Shown: piece by piece, positions 47,541 to 50,367 of the stretch
Numbering within the stretch: the stretch's first letter is position 1
How the letters are laid out: each line of letters begins with the position of its first letter
Source of the DNA: a virus
Taxonomy: Duplodnaviria > Caudoviricetes
DNA: 50,367 bases
IMG/VR virus record: IMGVR_UViG_3300032328_001047
Span: 1 to 50,367 of that record
Direction: 5' to 3' (one strand)
Notes under the pieces: generated by a model
What the model was told of the DNA's origin: nothing
What the model saw: the letters and a program-made list of their open reading frames with translations, nothing else
The model's database searches: none
Made by a program: the position numbers and the translations under genes

Positions 47541-48779
47541 ATGAGCGAAAAAAAATCATTAGTTGAGGAAGCGTTGTTACAAATGAAAAATTTGGAACAT
47601 GTCGTTACTGAAAACGCAAAAGGAATACTTGCTTCTACAATGAAGGAAGAAATCGAAGAGTTAGTAAAAGAGTCTCTTGAAGAGACTGAAATGAGTGCTG
47701 AAGATGAATCTTGGAGTAACGAAGAAGTTACTGAAGATGAAGATTCATTGGAGGTTATGGACATTGAAGAGCCTACTATGGGTGATGAAATGTCTGACGA
47801 TTCAGATTCTATGAACATGGATTACATGGGAATGGATGATGATGAGGATGAACTAGAACCGTTAGATATGACGGGAGCATCTATGGAAGAAATTATGTCA
47901 GTACTTGACGGTATGGGCGATAATGACGGAGTTATCATTAAAAAAACTGGTGAAGATTTAGATTTGGACAAAATCACTTTCCAAGACGAAGACATCATGG
48001 AGTCAGACTACAATATGGAGTCAGACTACAACATGGATGAGGACGATGAGGTTGATGAAATTGTTTACGAAATTGAATTAGGTGAAGATGATGATGATGA
48101 TTACGAAGATGACTTAACGGAATCTAGTATGATGGTTAAACCAAAAGGTATGGGTATGGGAAAAACTAAATCTGAATTACCAACAGGTAAAGTCAACATG
48201 AAAGGTTTTAAAGCTGATATGTCACAATATAAAGAAAGCTTTAAAGGTCCTAAGAAATTTGAATTTAAAGAAGGTGAAGACGGTGAAGTTGAAACAAAAG
48301 AAGCATCAAGAACTTTGGCAAATGGAAGTAGAAATTTTCCTAAAAGAAAAGGTCTTCCAAAAATGAAGGTTATTACAAATAACGCTTTACAAGAAGAAGT
48401 TGAAAAGTTGAGAGCTAAAAATGAAGAGTACAGAAAAGCATTAAATATTTTCAGAGAAAAATTAAATGAAGTTGCTGTTTTCAATTCTAACTTGGCTTAC
48501 GCTACAAGATTGTTTACCGAACATACAACCACAAAGCAAGAAAAAATAAATATCATGAGACGTTTTGACAACGTCGAAACAATCAAAGAATCTAAAAATC
48601 TTTATCAAAATATTAAAGATGAATTAGGTTCAGTTGAAAAACCAATGGTTAAAGAATCTATCGTAGAAAACATTGATAGAACACCATCAAAAGGTTCAAC
48701 TAACTTGGTTGAAAACAAGACATATGAAAATCCACAGTTCTTAAGAATGAAGGACCTTATGTCAAAAATGAATAAATAA
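47541..48779 (+). CDS. Prohead core/scaffold protein (T4 gp22-like position)
   Basis: Very acidic, coiled-coil, between protease and capsid genes; 18-nt tandem repeat (MESDYN x2) at 47997-48032. Confidence 0.75.
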   Translation: MSEKKSLVEEALLQMKNLEHVVTENAKGILASTMKEEIEELVKESLEETEMSAEDESWSNEEVTEDEDSLEVMDIEEPTMGDEMSDDSDSMNMDYMGMDDDEDELEPLDMTGASMEEIMSVLDGMGDNDGVIIKKTGEDLDLDKITFQDEDIMESDYNMESDYNMDEDDEVDEIVYEIELGEDDDDDYEDDLTESSMMVKPKGMGMGKTKSELPTGKVNMKGFKADMSQYKESFKGPKKFEFKEGEDGEVETKEASRTLANGSRNFPKRKGLPKMKVITNNALQEEVEKLRAKNEEYRKALNIFREKLNEVAVFNSNLAYATRLFTEHTTTKQEKINIMRRFDNVETIKESKNLYQNIKDELGSVEKPMVKESIVENIDRTPSKGSTNLVENKTYENPQFLRMKDLMSKMNK

Positions 48780-48818
48780 ATAAAAAATAAACTAAAAACA
48801 AACTAAATATTTTAAAAA

Positions 48819-50367
48819 ATGGGAGCATTATTAGAATCAGGTCTTGTTGGTAACATCGGTCTTAAGCACCTTAAAGTTATCAAAGAAGATACTATTAACA
48901 AATGGGACAAATTAGGATTCTTGGAAGGTTTGAGAGGTCATGTTAAAGAAAACATCGCTCAACTTTATGAAAACCAAGCATCACACTTAATTAACGAAGC
49001 TGCTAGCACATCATCAGATGGTTCTTTCGAAACGGTTGTATTTCCAATCGTAAGAAGAGTTTTCTCTAAATTGTTGGCTAACGACATCGTATCAGTACAA
49101 GCTATGAACTTACCTATCGGTAAATTGTTCTACTTCGTACCTAAAATTCAGGCTTACACTACGGGTCAAGACCCAACACTTGGTGGTAACCACTATGCAC
49201 CTTTTGGAGCTCCAAACGGACCTGCATCACCTGATACTGGTTACGGTGCAAACGATAAGAATTTGTATGACAGATTCTATGAAGGTAATGAAGCAACTTT
49301 AGACCCTCCAGGGTTATTTGATTATTCTAAAGGTGCTTTCAGTTCAGTTACTGCTGACAACGCAACAGTTGCATGGTCAAGTGGTAACTTGGTTAACTCA
49401 GGATATAGTGCAGGTGAATACAGAAAAGTATTACTTATTATGTCAGGTTTCAGTAACGCAGGTGCTGGTAAACTTGTAGGTCCTGATGGTCAAGTTATGG
49501 ACAACGAATCATTCTTAAGTGATTTAACTGTAGTACCAGTTACAGCAGCTGGTGGAGCATTCTCAGGAGCAGGTGCAAGTAACGCATTGTTCAGAGTTGT
49601 TACTCAAAAGTATGGTAAAGGTATCGTTCAATACGGTTCTCAAGCAACTGCAACATTCCCAACAAATGGTAATAACGGTGGTGTTTATGACAACATTTGT
49701 GACGCTAACGGATTCATCTACTTGGAAGTTGATTTACAAGTTCCATGTTCAATCGGAGCTAACTCAATAGATGGTTATTCAGGTTTAACTACAACTATCG
49801 CAGCTAGTTCAGCAATCAATACACAATTCACAACTAAATACAGAGCATACAGAGAAATGGAATTTGAAGACCAAATTGGTGAAGTTTCTTTCGATTTAGA
49901 ATCTGTAACTGTTTCTGTAACTGAAAGAAAATTGAGAGCACAATGGTCTCCTGAATTAGCACAAGACGTTGCTGCATTCCATAATATTGACGCTGAAGCT
50001 GAATTAACAGCTTTATTGTCTGAGCAAGTTGCGGCTGAAATCGACAGAGAAATCTTAAGAGATTTGAGAAAAGGAGCAGCATGGAATTTAAGATGGGATT
50101 ACAATGGTTGGAAAAGAGGTACAACTGCAAATCCATTAACTCAGTATACACAAAAAGATTGGAACCAAACATTGATTACTGCAATCAACCAAATTTCAGC
50201 ACAAATCCACAAATCAACCTTGAGAGGTGGAGCTAACTGGATTGTTGTTTCTTCTGAAATCAGTGCAATCTTTGATGATTTGGAATACTTCCACGTATCA
50301 AACGCAGCTCCTGAACAAGACCAATACAACATGGGTATTGAAAGAGTTGGTACTTTGGCTGGTAGAT
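48819..50367 (+). CDS. Major capsid protein (T4 gp23-like), truncated by window end
   Basis: Manual translation MGALLESG...FPIVRRVF...DIVSVQAMNLPIGKLFY...RKLRAQWSPELAQDV...IDAEAEL...EIDREIL; absent from ORF track because it has no stop. Confidence 0.95.
   Translation, partial: MGALLESGLVGNIGLKHLKVIKEDTINKWDKLGFLEGLRGHVKENIAQLYENQASHLINEAASTSSDGSFETVVFPIVRRVFSKLLANDIVSVQAMNLPIGKLFYFVPKIQAYTTGQDPTLGGNHYAPFGAPNGPASPDTGYGANDKNLYDRFYEGNEATLDPPGLFDYSKGAFSSVTADNATVAWSSGNLVNSGYSAGEYRKVLLIMSGFSNAGAGKLVGPDGQVMDNESFLSDLTVVPVTAAGGAFSGAGASNALFRVVTQKYGKGIVQYGSQATATFPTNGNNGGVYDNICDANGFIYLEVDLQVPCSIGANSIDGYSGLTTTIAASSAINTQFTTKYRAYREMEFEDQIGEVSFDLESVTVSVTERKLRAQWSPELAQDVAAFHNIDAEAELTALLSEQVAAEIDREILRDLRKGAAWNLRWDYNGWKRGTTANPLTQYTQKDWNQTLITAINQISAQIHKSTLRGGANWIVVSSEISAIFDDLEYFHVSNAAPEQDQYNMGIERVGTLAGR

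Noticed and set aside
2661-48484. Many antisense or off-frame ORFs nested in real genes (e.g. 6732-7067, 14773-15126, 23186-23560, 28843-29274, 46634-46996, 48101-48484)
   Set aside because: Fully overlap motif-supported genes and have composition typical of reverse-frame shadows
49552-50332. Short track ORFs 49552-49770, 49834-50172, 50141-50332
   Set aside because: Shadows of the major capsid gene
1-50367. Alternative genetic code explaining the in-frame stop
   Set aside because: Long genes are intact in code 11, TAA is the dominant true stop, and TAG/TGA also end genes
1-50367. CRISPR array
   Set aside because: No regularly spaced repeat-spacer series seen; repeats are coding or regulatory

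Overview
AT-rich segment of a large T4-like (jumbo) phage genome, read in the standard code. The host is probably a Bacteroidota member: there are many TAnnTTTG promoter elements, almost no Shine-Dalgarno sites, a Bacteroidia-type bS21 and a T9SS-like C-terminal domain. The left part (1-21 kb, mostly minus strand) holds early/accessory genes: thyA, RmlC, CYTH, a PRS-like plus NAMPT-like pair (NARP1-type NAD reconstitution), SPFH, RNA ligase/kinase/phosphoesterase RNA-repair genes, a PPK2 fusion and two free-standing homing endonucleases. The middle holds probable virion-internal proteins, an HNH gene, a tRNA 3' fragment, a tmRNA with an upstream structured RNA, a peptidase, an N-domain-less ClpC and a double-UVR protein. 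The right part is the head module (terminase, portal, bS21, prohead protease, scaffold, partial major capsid gene). The strongest unexplained signal is a kinase gene whose Walker A motif is interrupted by 6 nt (CCA-TAA-CTA-GGA), directly behind a 10-bp hairpin and next to a homing endonuclease. This suggests a minimal ribosomal-bypass/homing cassette. All calls come from reading motifs by eye; no database searches were run.
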